Assembly: GCA_039811685.1 (NCBI GenBank)
Contig: JBDHZC010000001.1
Coordinates: 32,001-96,000 of the forward strand
Direction: 5' to 3'
DNA from: Armatimonadota bacterium
Lineage (GTDB): Bacteria; Armatimonadota; UBA5829; DSUL01
DNA length: 64,000 nt
Below are positions 1 to 10,029 of this stretch, one piece after another. Below the pieces are notes generated by a model, which was not told the DNA's origin, searched no databases, and was given only the letters and a program-made list of their open reading frames with translations. Position 1 is the first letter of the stretch, and every line of letters begins with the position of its first letter. The translations under genes were made by a program, and so were the position numbers.

Positions 1-101
1 AGACTGCGGGGGGCGCCACGGAAACAGCGGCCATTTCTGAGTCATTGAGCTTGCAGGCAGGGAACAACGCTGCGGAAGTGAAACTCTGGCGCATCACGTG
101 A
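1..101 (+). CDS. 3' end of an upstream gene (partial), product unknown
   Basis: Frame open from 3 to TGA at 99-101, which overlaps the next ATG (TGATG coupling). Confidence 0.5.
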   Translation, partial: TAGGATETAAISESLSLQAGNNAAEVKLWRIT

Positions 102-1012
102 TGATCAAGCGTTTTGTTCTCTACATCTTCCTTTGTGCCTACGCGGTAGTTGTGATCTATCCGCTGCTATGGGTTGGCTTTTCAAGCCTGCGCGCAACGC
201 CCGACATCAATCGCGATCCCTGGGGCCTGCCTTCGCAGCCGCGGTGGGAAAACTACTCCCGTGCGTGGATAGGAGAGGGCAGCTCGTCTGGAAGCGGCCT
301 GGCAGGCGCTTTTGTCAACAGCTCCATTGCGACAACTGTCAGTCTGGGCCTCATTCTCCTGTTTGGCTCTATGGCCAGCTACGTTCTGGCGCGCTTCGTT
401 TTTGCTGGCTCTGGAGTTATCTACAACATCTTTCTTTTCGGGATGATGTTTCCTGTGTTTCTGGGCATCATTCCGCTGTTTTTCTTGCTGGACTCACTGG
501 GAGGGGGCCTGGAAGCGGCCAGGCTTGGCTTGCTGAGCGCGACGCACATGTCGATTTTCGACGCGGCAAGCTGGACTCTGCTGGGCAGTCTGCCCGGGTT
601 GATTATTGCGTACGTGGCGTATTCCCTGTCCTTTACCGTTTTCATCCTCACCGGCTTCTTCAGGACGCTCCCCGGGGAGCTGGCAGAGGCCGGAGCGATT
701 GACGGATGCTCGCACTGGGGTGTGTTCTGGAGGATTATGCTGCCTCTGGCGCGCCCCGGGCTCATCACGGCGGCGATCTTCAACGCAATTGGACTCTGGA
801 ACGAATATCCCCTGGCTCTGGTACTGACCGGTGATAACACACGGACACTGCCGCTCGCTATTGCGGATCTGGCTCAGACTCACCAGTATCAGACGGATCA
901 GGGTGCGCTTTTTGCAGGCATAGTTATCGTCATAATCCCGACTCTTGTGGGATACATTCTGTTTCAGAACAAGCTGACAGCCGGGCTGACGGCTGGTGCG
1001 GTGAAGGGGTAG
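101..1012 (+). CDS. Carbohydrate ABC transporter permease (MalG-like)
   Basis: Multiple TM helices, EAA loop 'LPGELAEAGAIDG', C-terminal 'GLTAGAVKG'. Confidence 0.92.
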   Translation: MIKRFVLYIFLCAYAVVVIYPLLWVGFSSLRATPDINRDPWGLPSQPRWENYSRAWIGEGSSSGSGLAGAFVNSSIATTVSLGLILLFGSMASYVLARFVFAGSGVIYNIFLFGMMFPVFLGIIPLFFLLDSLGGGLEAARLGLLSATHMSIFDAASWTLLGSLPGLIIAYVAYSLSFTVFILTGFFRTLPGELAEAGAIDGCSHWGVFWRIMLPLARPGLITAAIFNAIGLWNEYPLALVLTGDNTRTLPLAIADLAQTHQYQTDQGALFAGIVIVIIPTLVGYILFQNKLTAGLTAGAVKG

Positions 1013-1038
1013 GGCAGGCATGCGCAAAGGCGCAACAT

Positions 1039-1110
1039 CGCCCCCGGTAGGGATCGAACCTACGCTTCGGGCTCCGGAGGCCCGCGCTCTATCCACTGAG
1101 CTACGGGGGC
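1039..1110 (-). tRNA. tRNA-Arg(CCG), CCA not encoded
   Basis: Minus strand GCCCCCG...CGGGGGCG acceptor, D-arm GCTC-AGTGGATA-GAGC, anticodon arm CGGGC-CTCCGGA-GCCCG, T-arm GTAGG-TTCGATC-CCTAC. Confidence 0.97.
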
Positions 1111-1122
1111 GCGACGCTGTGC

Positions 1123-1151
1123 ATTATATGAGCCATGCTCCTGCGCGTCAA
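1123..1151 (-). promoter_or_regulatory. Sigma70 promoter of tRNA-Arg
   Basis: TTGACG-N17-TATAAT on the minus strand, just upstream of the tRNA. Confidence 0.8.
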
Positions 1152-1186
1152 CAGAACACTGATACCTCAACGCGGGACTCTGCACA

Positions 1187-2344
1187 GTGAGATTTCTCAT
1201 TTGCCCGGATTCCTTTAAAGGCTCGCTGACCGCGCTTGAAGCCGCACGCGCTCTGCAGCGAGGCCTCTGCGACGCGTCCTCCAGCATTGACTGTGATCTG
1301 GCTCCTCTGGCCGATGGAGGCGAAGGTTTTGTAGACGCGATGCTGGCTGGCGGCGGACGCCAGGTTTACACGCAGGTTACGGACCCGTTGGGCCGGCAGG
1401 TGCGCGCGGCCTACGGCTTGCTGCCTGACGGGTGCACGGCTGTAGTCGAAATGGCTTCGGCGGCGGGTCTCGAACTGCTTGACCCGGAAGCTCTCCGGCC
1501 GCTGGAGGCCACAACTTACGGGGTCGGAGAGCTGATGCGGGCGGCGCTGGATGTGGGCGCCAAACGTCTGATTATTGGCATTGGGGGCAGCGCCACAACT
1601 GATGGCGGAGCGGGAATGGCGCAGGCGCTTGGGGCGAGGCTGCTGGATTCAACGGGCCGGCCAGTAGGCTGCGGAGGCGCTGCGCTGGCTGGTTTGTCCG
1701 AGATTCAGCTTGAGGGGGTAGACTCTCGCCTTAGAGAGGCAGAGATTCTGGTTGCTTGTGACGTGGACAACCCCCTGACTGGGCCCGCGGGCGCTGCTGT
1801 GGTGTATGGTCCGCAGAAAGGCGCCTCAGCGGCTGATGTGGCTCTCCTCGACGGAGCGCTGGAACGGTTCGCAGAGGTTGTCAATCGAGATCTGGGTGTC
1901 AATGTCAGAGACATTCCGGGAGCTGGAGCAGCCGGTGGCCTCGGGGCAGGGCTGGTGGCTTTCTGCGGCGCCCGACTTCTGCCAGGAATAGAAGTAGTTG
2001 CGGAAGCGCTGACTCTTCGCGACAGAATCAGGCAGGCGGATTGGATAATCACAGGAGAAGGATGCACGGACGCACAGACCTTGAGCGGGAAGGCGGTGGC
2101 GGGCGTACTGAAGCTGGCAAAGAGCGAGAACGTCCCGTGTATCGTGCTCTCCGGCGCTGTACAAGGTGAAATTGAGGCGCTGTACGGCATGGGAGCAGCG
2201 TGTGTGCTGTCGGTTAGTGACGGCCCACGGGATATTGCCTCTGCAATGGCGGAAGCGGGCGTCCTGGTTGAAAAATCTGCTCGAGCTCTCGGCGGGCTTC
2301 TGGTCGCCTCCGCGCAGAATGGCTGTGGCGGGTTGAACCAGTGA
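1187..2344 (+). CDS. glxK: Glycerate kinase
   Basis: 'PDSFKGSL', 'PLADGGEG', 'GIGGSATTDGG', 'GAGAAGGLG', 'ITGEG'. Confidence 0.95.
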   Translation: MRFLICPDSFKGSLTALEAARALQRGLCDASSSIDCDLAPLADGGEGFVDAMLAGGGRQVYTQVTDPLGRQVRAAYGLLPDGCTAVVEMASAAGLELLDPEALRPLEATTYGVGELMRAALDVGAKRLIIGIGGSATTDGGAGMAQALGARLLDSTGRPVGCGGAALAGLSEIQLEGVDSRLREAEILVACDVDNPLTGPAGAAVVYGPQKGASAADVALLDGALERFAEVVNRDLGVNVRDIPGAGAAGGLGAGLVAFCGARLLPGIEVVAEALTLRDRIRQADWIITGEGCTDAQTLSGKAVAGVLKLAKSENVPCIVLSGAVQGEIEALYGMGAACVLSVSDGPRDIASAMAEAGVLVEKSARALGGLLVASAQNGCGGLNQ

Positions 2345-3231
2345 AGGTCGGTTTTACCGGAGCCACGGGGTTTGTCGGATCTCACATGGTTCGACGGTTC
2401 GTCAATGGCGGTCACAGCGTTGTCTGCCTCGTGCGGCGCGGAGAGGCGAGCAGCACACTGCCAGGCGGTCCAATCAGGCTTCGGGAAGGCGACATCACCA
2501 ATCCTGACAGCCTGAAAGGGGTCTTCGACGGCTGCGAGCTCGTAGTAAATCTCGTCGGCATTATCCGCGAGGTCGCCGATGCGACGTTCGAGCGCATTCA
2601 CGCTGAGGGGACGGATAATGTGCTCAGAGCGGCAGAGCAGTCTGGTGTCCCGCGCTTTATACAAATGAGCAGTCTCGGCGTGCGCCCCGGGGCAAAAAGC
2701 CTGTATCATCAGACGAAGTGGCGAGCGGAAGAAAGCGTGCGCGCAAGCGCCATGGCATGGACCATTTTCCGGCCCTCAGTGATCTTCGGACGCGGCGACG
2801 GGTTCACTACAATGCTCAAGGATCTCATCAGCCGCGCACCGGTCGTTCCCATTGTGGGATCGGGATCGCATCTGATACAGCCTGTCGCCATAGAGGATGT
2901 CACCGCCTGCTTTCTCGCGGCGGGTACGGAAGAGGGGCACGCGGGTCAAATCTATGAGCTTGGAGGTCCGCAGCAGTTGCGTTTTGTCGATATCGTCCGG
3001 ACTATGGCTCGCCAGATGGGATATCGCAAGCCGCGTGTGCATCTGCCTCTGTGGCTCATAGGCCCCTTCGTGCGAGCCGCCTCGCGCGTCACAACACGAT
3101 TCCCACTGACGACTGACCAGCTTATCATGCTACGCGAGGACAACGTCACAGATCACAATGCCGCGCAGGAGGTGTTTGGCCTCACGCTGATTCCGTTTTC
3201 TGACGGGCTGAAGCGGCTGTTGCGGCCGTGA
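2341..3231 (+). CDS. NAD-dependent epimerase/dehydratase, NDUFA9-like SDR
   Basis: 'TGATGFVG' Rossmann motif, 'YHQTK', 'RPSVIFG'. Confidence 0.9.
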   Translation: MKVGFTGATGFVGSHMVRRFVNGGHSVVCLVRRGEASSTLPGGPIRLREGDITNPDSLKGVFDGCELVVNLVGIIREVADATFERIHAEGTDNVLRAAEQSGVPRFIQMSSLGVRPGAKSLYHQTKWRAEESVRASAMAWTIFRPSVIFGRGDGFTTMLKDLISRAPVVPIVGSGSHLIQPVAIEDVTACFLAAGTEEGHAGQIYELGGPQQLRFVDIVRTMARQMGYRKPRVHLPLWLIGPFVRAASRVTTRFPLTTDQLIMLREDNVTDHNAAQEVFGLTLIPFSDGLKRLLRP

Positions 3232-3252
3232 CATCCTCCGTGCGTACTGCTG

Positions 3253-3281
3253 TTGCCATTTGGACTGTGAACGGGTAACAT
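3253..3281 (+). promoter_or_regulatory. Sigma70 promoter of the nurA-herA-mre11-rad50 operon
   Basis: TTGCCA(3253-58)-N17-TAACAT(3276-81). Confidence 0.6.
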
Positions 3282-3289
3282 CAGCATTG

Positions 3290-3303
3290 CGAACAGGTGT
3301 ACG
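3290..3303 (+). promoter_or_regulatory. Putative LexA (SOS) box
   Basis: CGAAC-AGGT-GTACG, one mismatch to the GAAC-N4-GTTC core, just downstream of the -10 element. Confidence 0.6.
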
Positions 3304-3342
3304 TACCTTGGGCGGTGTGAACAGTAAAGGCAGGGAGGTGTT

Positions 3343-4344
3343 TTGAGTCTGAGCGGTTTGGAGAGTCTGATAAAGGACTGCAAGCGCAACCCCACTGTGC
3401 GTCTGCTGAGAACTGAGTCTTTGACTGATGAGACGCTTTCACTCCCGGAGCGCGAGCCAAGGACGCACCGCTCTGACATTGTCGAAGGGAGTGTGCTGGC
3501 ATCGCACGATGTGCCCAAAGGCGGGCGCTCCTCGTTCACGCATTTTCTGGACGGTATTGAGCGTCGCCGCGTTCTGTTGTACAGCGACTGTATTCCAGTT
3601 GTTTGGGGATATGTGGCTGCGTGCGTGCGCCGCCGTTCTGAAGATCAGCTAATGTGCCCCGTGCAAGCTTTGACCTGTTCAGAGCATGGACTGTACTTTC
3701 CGTTCGAGCTGCTTTCTCCAACATCTTTCAAGCGCTATGAGGGGCTGAGAGTTCACGATGTTCGTCCGCTGAAAGGGTCGGAAACTGTCAGCGACAATAC
3801 CTTTGACGTTCAACGCCAGGCATTCAACGCCGTCAGCAACCGCCGGGCAGAGCAGGAAGCTGATCTCCTGCAGTCCTGGGGCGCCTTTTCCAGTGATCGA
3901 GACTGGCTGCTGGTGGACGGCGCCCTGTCGTCCTCCTTCAGAAAAGGCGCTCAAGAGCGTGTGGTTGGAGTGATCAAGAGCCATCTGGCGCGCTACTTTG
4001 AGGGCGACGACTACCGCTTGATTCTCAACCTTAAAGTTGGTCAGCGTACCAGCGTCTTCCGACCGAGAGTTCCAAATCTGGAGCCGGTGTACTCCTGGTA
4101 TCTGCGACTGCACGACGATACCGGACGCGATCCGACGTTTGGTCTTGTGCGGCTGGAGGCGTGCGCGGAGGTTGGCACGCTAAGTATGGCGGATGAAATC
4201 TCAGCGTGGCTTATGGCCGAGCGCTCTCCTCTGAGCCTTCCGGATGCCCGGTGGGACAGGATGATCTATCCGATCTACGACTGTGAGCAGTATCTGAAGG
4301 CTCTTGCGCCGAGCCGGGCGCACATTGAGGCGCTGGTATCCTGA
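3343..4344 (+). CDS. nurA: NurA-like nuclease
   Basis: RNase H-fold acidic motifs 'FLDG', 'LLVDG', 'VGVIKSH', 'YPIYDCE'; coupled to herA. Confidence 0.8.
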   Translation: MSLSGLESLIKDCKRNPTVRLLRTESLTDETLSLPEREPRTHRSDIVEGSVLASHDVPKGGRSSFTHFLDGIERRRVLLYSDCIPVVWGYVAACVRRRSEDQLMCPVQALTCSEHGLYFPFELLSPTSFKRYEGLRVHDVRPLKGSETVSDNTFDVQRQAFNAVSNRRAEQEADLLQSWGAFSSDRDWLLVDGALSSSFRKGAQERVVGVIKSHLARYFEGDDYRLILNLKVGQRTSVFRPRVPNLEPVYSWYLRLHDDTGRDPTFGLVRLEACAEVGTLSMADEISAWLMAERSPLSLPDARWDRMIYPIYDCEQYLKALAPSRAHIEALVS

Positions 4345-6380
4345 TGAGTGGAGGGACGAAGATTTTGATTGACCCATCGGAAAAACAGACGTCTGAATTG
4401 ACACAGGTTGGCCGGGTTGTCGCCACTGAGCAGAAGCCCAACACCGCGTACGAGTTTCATTTCTGGACAGCCGTGCGCTCTCCTGTCGGTATCGGCACTC
4501 TGGTTCTTGTGGAGACTTCGGACGTCACAGTCTACGGGGTTGTGGTGGAAGGGTGGTCGTTTACAGACCTCGCCTCTCCACTTTATGACTATATTGGCCT
4601 GGAAGGTGATCCAACCACCCAGCCAATGACTCAGCGGCCGGAAATCCGCTGCTATACGGCTGCTGTACTGCGCATCGAGCCAGAAGAGCCGGTGCAGCCT
4701 GTGCCGGTCGGGCCCGTTTATCTCGCTGACGATGCCGCCGTGACGCGTGCGCTGCGATCGGACGGTTATGCGGAGAAAACGGGCGTTGCAGTAGGAGCCT
4801 ATCAGAACGGAGATATTCACTGTCCTGTCTATCTGGACGCAGAGTTCCTCCTCGGGCCTGAAGCCGCTCATGTGAATCTGACTGGCGTGTCCGGACTGGC
4901 CACCAAGACCAGCTCCATCGAGTTTCTGCTGCAGAGCATCTTTGCCAGCAATGTTCCCGAGGTCGCCTGCGTCTGTTTCAATGTCAAAGGGCACGACATG
5001 CTCTTCCTGGATCATGCGTCTGATGTTGACTCTGACCACGCGCTGGCTTCACGATACGAAGAGCTGGAGATATCCGGTCTGGCGGAGACAGATCGAGCTC
5101 TGTATGACGCGCTCAAAGTTCCCTGTCAGCCATTTGCTAATGTTCGTTACTTCGCGCCTTACAAAGAGGACGGCTACAACCTCAACACTCTGCGCAACAA
5201 TCTGGAGATATCCGGCAACGTCGCTCCGCTTGCGTGGGGACTTACGGACGTCTTCAAGTTCGCTGAAGTCGTGCTCAACCGCGACGATGTGGACGCGAAA
5301 GCGGATGCTCTGATTCAGTTTATCAATCAGCAGGTAATCAACGCGAAGAACGGTTTTGACATAGGGGACAACGGGCCGTCCATCCGCGTGCAGACATTCG
5401 CAGACCTTGAGAGGTGGTTTGAGCGTGTCATGAAGCTGATGGAGGGTGAGGGGCGTGACAAGGGACAGGATCAGTACCGCACTCACCATATCGCGACGAT
5501 CCGCAAAGTCCACAATCGCCTCTCCAACCTTGTCACCCGCTATAAGGGTCTGCTTGTGGGTGATGAGAACCGCGCTGATCTTCCCTGGGGTTCCTTTGAA
5601 GACAGGACGGTTTACGTAATCGACATCGCGGGGATGGACGCGCAGGGTCAGGATCTGGTTGTCACGCGCGTCGTCAACGAACTCCGCGAGCATCTGGAAA
5701 AGAAAACGCTGGGCGTGGAGAAGTGTATCGTTGTTGTGGATGAGCTGAACAAGTACGCACCCAGCGACGGCCCAGAGACCTATCTCAAGAAAACATTGCT
5801 GGAGATATCTGAGCGCGGGAGGTATCTGGGGCTGGTGCTATTCAGCGCACAGCAGTTCCGCAGCCAGGTTCACAAGCGCATTGTCGGCAATTCCGGGACC
5901 AGCATCTACGGGCGGATGGATATGGACGAGTTGGCGACGCCGGGCTACCAGGTGTTGACGCGCGCGGAGCGGGAGAAGCTGGCCACTCTTTCCAAAGGGC
6001 AGCTCATGGTACGCCACCCACACTTCAGCCAGGCTATCTTTGTGAAGTTTCCGAGACCAAATGTACTGCGCGGCGCAGACGGTGTCAGGCTTTTCCCGAC
6101 GGCAGCGGATATGACGGTGGAAGAGGTCATTTTTCAGGAGTTCAAACGGCTCAATCCGGCAGTTCAGCGAAATCAGGTCAGGGAGGCAGTTGAGCAGACT
6201 GGCGTGGAATCTGCTCTTGAGGCCTTCAATCGGGTCAAGCTTGGCCGCCCGGAAGACCCGATGGAGGCGTTCCGGAATACCTGCCGCAAGAGGGCGGACA
6301 GGCAGCAGCCAGGCGCTTCAACGCCCCACGGATTTGGAGCCCCTGCTCCGGTAAGTCTCGATGATCCCTTTGCGGACTGA
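4344..6380 (+). CDS. herA: HerA-family ATPase/helicase
   Basis: HAS-barrel-like N-terminus, variant Walker A 'GVSGLATKTS', 'FNVKG', Walker B 'VVVDE', 'ERGRYLG...SAQQ'. Confidence 0.88.
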   Translation: MSGGTKILIDPSEKQTSELTQVGRVVATEQKPNTAYEFHFWTAVRSPVGIGTLVLVETSDVTVYGVVVEGWSFTDLASPLYDYIGLEGDPTTQPMTQRPEIRCYTAAVLRIEPEEPVQPVPVGPVYLADDAAVTRALRSDGYAEKTGVAVGAYQNGDIHCPVYLDAEFLLGPEAAHVNLTGVSGLATKTSSIEFLLQSIFASNVPEVACVCFNVKGHDMLFLDHASDVDSDHALASRYEELEISGLAETDRALYDALKVPCQPFANVRYFAPYKEDGYNLNTLRNNLEISGNVAPLAWGLTDVFKFAEVVLNRDDVDAKADALIQFINQQVINAKNGFDIGDNGPSIRVQTFADLERWFERVMKLMEGEGRDKGQDQYRTHHIATIRKVHNRLSNLVTRYKGLLVGDENRADLPWGSFEDRTVYVIDIAGMDAQGQDLVVTRVVNELREHLEKKTLGVEKCIVVVDELNKYAPSDGPETYLKKTLLEISERGRYLGLVLFSAQQFRSQVHKRIVGNSGTSIYGRMDMDELATPGYQVLTRAEREKLATLSKGQLMVRHPHFSQAIFVKFPRPNVLRGADGVRLFPTAADMTVEEVIFQEFKRLNPAVQRNQVREAVEQTGVESALEAFNRVKLGRPEDPMEAFRNTCRKRADRQQPGASTPHGFGAPAPVSLDDPFAD

Positions 6381-6383
6381 GCT

Positions 6384-7553
6384 GTGAGAATCGCGCATCT
6401 CGCTGACGTTCATCTGGGCTATCGGGCTTATACACGCACAACTTCGGCAGGGTTGAACAGGCGTGAAGTGGACGTTTTCAAAGCCTTCCAGAGCGTTCTT
6501 CAACGCGTCATTGATCTCAATCCTGACATTGTTATCATCGCAGGCGACCTTTTCCACAGTGTCCGCCCCAGCAACTACACAATCAACAATGCATACCGTC
6601 TGTTGCGGGATTTTCGAAACCAGACCCCCGCGCCTCTGGTTATCATCGGAGGCAATCACGACACGCCCAAGTCCGTAGATACCGGCTGCATTCTGGATCT
6701 GTTTGATTCCATTCCAAATGTCTTTATCCGTCATCATGGCTACCACGCTGTGGCCTTTCCGGAGCTGGACTGCGCCGTCTATTGCCTGCCCTACTTTGCC
6801 CTTGAGGATCGCGCCCAATACCTTCTCCGTCCAGAGGCCGGGCCGTCCACCAACATTCTGACAGTGCATGGAACAGTCCAGGGTGTGGTGCGCAGCAGGG
6901 ACTCAGAAGCGCTTCAGGCTCATCCCTCTGAGTTTCATTTTGAAGAGTGGAACTATGCCGCCTTCGGGCACTATCACATCCGGTGCGAGTTGGAGCCAAA
7001 TGCGTACTACGCCGGCTCAATCGAGTACACGAGCACCAACATCTGGGAGGAGTGTCCGGGAGCTCGCGGCCGCCCATCTCCAAAGGGGTTTGTCCTCTAC
7101 GACACAGACGCGGGAAAAGCGGACTTCTTCGAGACGCCTGACCTGCGTTACGTGCGTGATCTCGGAGTCCTCAACGCAGAATCGCTTTCCGCTGCGGAGG
7201 TTATGGAGGGTATTGACGCGCGCCTGGCGTCTGTGCCTGGCGGACTCAACGAGAAGATTCTGCGAATTGTGGTGGAGGCATTTCCGCGCGCTCTCCAAAA
7301 GGAGCTGGACTGGCAACGTTTGCGATCGCTTAAAAACGACGCCCTCCACCTGGACGTTGTTTTTCGTCCCCAGCCTGAGACGCACAGAGCGTTAGGCCGG
7401 ACTCCTGGCGGCGGCGCGAGACCCCTTGAGTTGGAATGGGAAGATTATGCGGGCGGAATGGAGGATGTCCCGCGCGGTATTGAGCGGTCCCGGCTTGTCG
7501 AGCTGGGGAACACTTTTTTGCGGCAGGCAGCGGAAGCTGAGGTTGGTCTATGA
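6384..7553 (+). CDS. sbcD: Mre11/SbcD nuclease
   Basis: 'ADVHLG', 'AGDLFH', 'GNHD', 'HG', 'GHYH' phosphoesterase motifs. Confidence 0.93.
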   Translation: MRIAHLADVHLGYRAYTRTTSAGLNRREVDVFKAFQSVLQRVIDLNPDIVIIAGDLFHSVRPSNYTINNAYRLLRDFRNQTPAPLVIIGGNHDTPKSVDTGCILDLFDSIPNVFIRHHGYHAVAFPELDCAVYCLPYFALEDRAQYLLRPEAGPSTNILTVHGTVQGVVRSRDSEALQAHPSEFHFEEWNYAAFGHYHIRCELEPNAYYAGSIEYTSTNIWEECPGARGRPSPKGFVLYDTDAGKADFFETPDLRYVRDLGVLNAESLSAAEVMEGIDARLASVPGGLNEKILRIVVEAFPRALQKELDWQRLRSLKNDALHLDVVFRPQPETHRALGRTPGGGARPLELEWEDYAGGMEDVPRGIERSRLVELGNTFLRQAAEAEVGL

Positions 7554-10015
7554 AGCTGCTTGAGTTGAAGCTGGCCAACTTCCGGCAGCACCGCGATACT
7601 ACTGTGCAATTCTTTGATGGCATCACGGGTATCCTGGGCCGGAATGGCTCGGGTAAGACCACTCTGCTTGAGAGTATCGCCTGGGCCTTGTACGGACAGA
7701 AGGCAGTGCAGCGGATGGATCGCGGCAAGGCGGAGACGCTTCGCTCGCGGGGCGCCAGAGCATCAGACCACACGGAAGTCCATCTGACTTTTGAGCTGAG
7801 CGGACAGAACTACACCGTAGTGCGCCGGCTGAATGACGCGGCGCTGCTGATCGGTTCAAACAAGACACACACGGGCACGGAGCCTGTTACCAGGGCGGTC
7901 TCGGCCCTGCTCAAAATGGACGCCCAGGCATTCTTCACCAGCTTTTTCACAGGTCAAAAGGACCTGGCGTTTCTCCAGGATGTGTCGGGCCCGGCGCGTC
8001 AGCAGTACATCAGCAGACTTCTCGGATATGAGCGCCTGACGCGCGCGCGTCAAATGGCCAATGACGAAAAGCTCGCTGTGCGGCGCGATACGGAGACCCT
8101 GGAGCGCGGGCTGGGGGACATCGAGGAGATCAAGCGCCAGAAAGCCGAGGCTGAAGCGGCTCTGGCGGCGGCTCAGACAGGCGCCAAACAAGCAGCCGGG
8201 GAGAAAGTCAGAACGCAGACAGCGCTGAAAGAGATTGAACCGCTTAAGAACGCTTCAGATGCAAGGGAGAAGCAGCATAACGGGTATGTGGCGGATGCGC
8301 GCGTGCTGGAGACGCAGCGAGCAAGCTGCGAGAAGTCTGTGCAGCGAGCGCAGAGGGAACTTGCGGAGATTGATCAGGCAGACAGGGAACTGCAGACTCT
8401 GGAGCCTGCGCTCAAAGAGTATGATGAACTCAAGAGCCGCTACGAAGAGCTGAGAATCCTGCAGGTCGCCGACGTAGAACGCCACGGTTTGGAAGAGACC
8501 GTAAGTTCCAGCACACAAGACCTTTCGCAGTTCCTTAATTCTGCCACTGAACTTGAGAGCCGTTTTGCGGGGTTGCCGGCGGTCCAGAAGCGCATTTCAG
8601 AACTACAGGAGCGACTCGAATCTTCGAAGCGTCGTCTGCAGGAATTAGAGCGGGAAACAGTAGAGCAAAAGGCAAGAACAAGCGCTGAAGTAGACTCACT
8701 GGAGACGCGCGTCCGGGAGGAAGAAGAACATCTTGGTCAACTTCTTCAAGCTGGGCCGGACGGAGTATGCCCAACCTGCGAAAGGGCACTGGAGGGGGAG
8801 TTCGACCGGGTAACGGAGCAGATGCGCGAGCGGATTGCCGATTTTTCCGCTTCCATCACGAAGTTGCATATCCGCCTGAAGAATGTGCAGACCGATTCTG
8901 AACCTATCATCACTCTGAAGCAGACAATTCAGGATACGGAGAACGGTCTGGTTGAAGCGCGCAAAGAAGAGTATGCAGCCCGCAAGGCAGGTGAGGATCT
9001 CAAAAAGGAACGCCAGCGCGCGGCTGATGTGCGAGAGCGAATACAAACGGCGCAGAAGCGGCTTGCAGAGCTTCCGGGTGGTTTTGACGCGCAGGAGTTT
9101 GAACAGCTGGGAAAGCGCGGCTTTGAGCTGAAACCTGTGCGCAAGCGCTCGCAGGAACTCCAGGCGCAACTCAGCCGTCGCGACAGTGTCGCCCTGGAAC
9201 TTGCAGAGCAGCAGGAGAGTCTCGACGCTGCCACACAAGCCCTCTCCTTGAAGACCACCGCCCTGACTGAGCTGGCGTTTGACGCGGACGAACACGCAAA
9301 ACTGACAGCTACGTGGCAAGATCTGAGCGAACGGGCGGCGGAAACTCAGAACGCCGTTGTGCGCGCGGACGGGCAGGTAGTGGCGGCGCAGAAAGACCTG
9401 GCGGCGTGTAAACAAAGAGAGGACGACTATCGCGCTCACGCAAAACGGCTGGAAGAAAGCCGTGAGTCTCATCGCTATCTGGATTTTCTGACAGCAGCGT
9501 TCGACGGTTTTCGAGGCGAGCTCAACAGTCAGATACGTCCGCGTTTATCCGAATCTGCCAGTGAGCTGATAGCGCAGATAACCGACGGGCGCTACAATGA
9601 GGTGGACCTCGGTGAAGACTACACTCCTCGCCTGTTTGATGACGGCGAGTACAAGCCCGTTATCTCAGGTGGTGAGGAGGACATTCTGCATCTTTCAATG
9701 CGTCTGGCGATCTCCCAGATGATAGCGGAAAGAGCAGGGGTGGACCTGGGGTTGCTGGTGCTCGACGAAGTGTTCGGATCCTTGGACGAAGGCCGCCGCG
9801 AGAACGTTATCTCGCTACTGCAAAACCTGAAAGGGCGCTTCGAGCAAATCCTGCTGATTACACATATCGAGACGATTCACGATATGGTCGATCGCACCAT
9901 CTGGGTAGATTATGATTCTGTCTCTGCGAGCAGCCTTGTACGGGATAGCCGCGTCGAGTCTCACAGCCTGGATCAGGCGTTTGTTGAGACAGAATCTGTT
10001 CTGGTGTTAGAATGA
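7550..10015 (+). CDS. sbcC: Rad50/SbcC SMC-like ATPase
   Basis: Walker A 'GRNGSGKT', coiled coils, zinc hook 'CPTC', 'SGGE', Walker B 'LVLDE...LD'. Confidence 0.95.
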   Translation: MKLLELKLANFRQHRDTTVQFFDGITGILGRNGSGKTTLLESIAWALYGQKAVQRMDRGKAETLRSRGARASDHTEVHLTFELSGQNYTVVRRLNDAALLIGSNKTHTGTEPVTRAVSALLKMDAQAFFTSFFTGQKDLAFLQDVSGPARQQYISRLLGYERLTRARQMANDEKLAVRRDTETLERGLGDIEEIKRQKAEAEAALAAAQTGAKQAAGEKVRTQTALKEIEPLKNASDAREKQHNGYVADARVLETQRASCEKSVQRAQRELAEIDQADRELQTLEPALKEYDELKSRYEELRILQVADVERHGLEETVSSSTQDLSQFLNSATELESRFAGLPAVQKRISELQERLESSKRRLQELERETVEQKARTSAEVDSLETRVREEEEHLGQLLQAGPDGVCPTCERALEGEFDRVTEQMRERIADFSASITKLHIRLKNVQTDSEPIITLKQTIQDTENGLVEARKEEYAARKAGEDLKKERQRAADVRERIQTAQKRLAELPGGFDAQEFEQLGKRGFELKPVRKRSQELQAQLSRRDSVALELAEQQESLDAATQALSLKTTALTELAFDADEHAKLTATWQDLSERAAETQNAVVRADGQVVAAQKDLAACKQREDDYRAHAKRLEESRESHRYLDFLTAAFDGFRGELNSQIRPRLSESASELIAQITDGRYNEVDLGEDYTPRLFDDGEYKPVISGGEEDILHLSMRLAISQMIAERAGVDLGLLVLDEVFGSLDEGRRENVISLLQNLKGRFEQILLITHIETIHDMVDRTIWVDYDSVSASSLVRDSRVESHSLDQAFVETESVLVLE

Positions 10016-10029
10016 TTGTCTAACACAAA

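Noticed and set aside
1060..1287. Minus-strand 75-aa ORF ending 'APVAQWIER'
   Set aside because: It is a translation of tRNA-Arg and its promoter
3343..6380. HerA-based defence system (Sir2-HerA or DUF4297-HerA)
   Set aside because: The partner is NurA-like, and Mre11/Rad50 plus an SOS-like box point to repair
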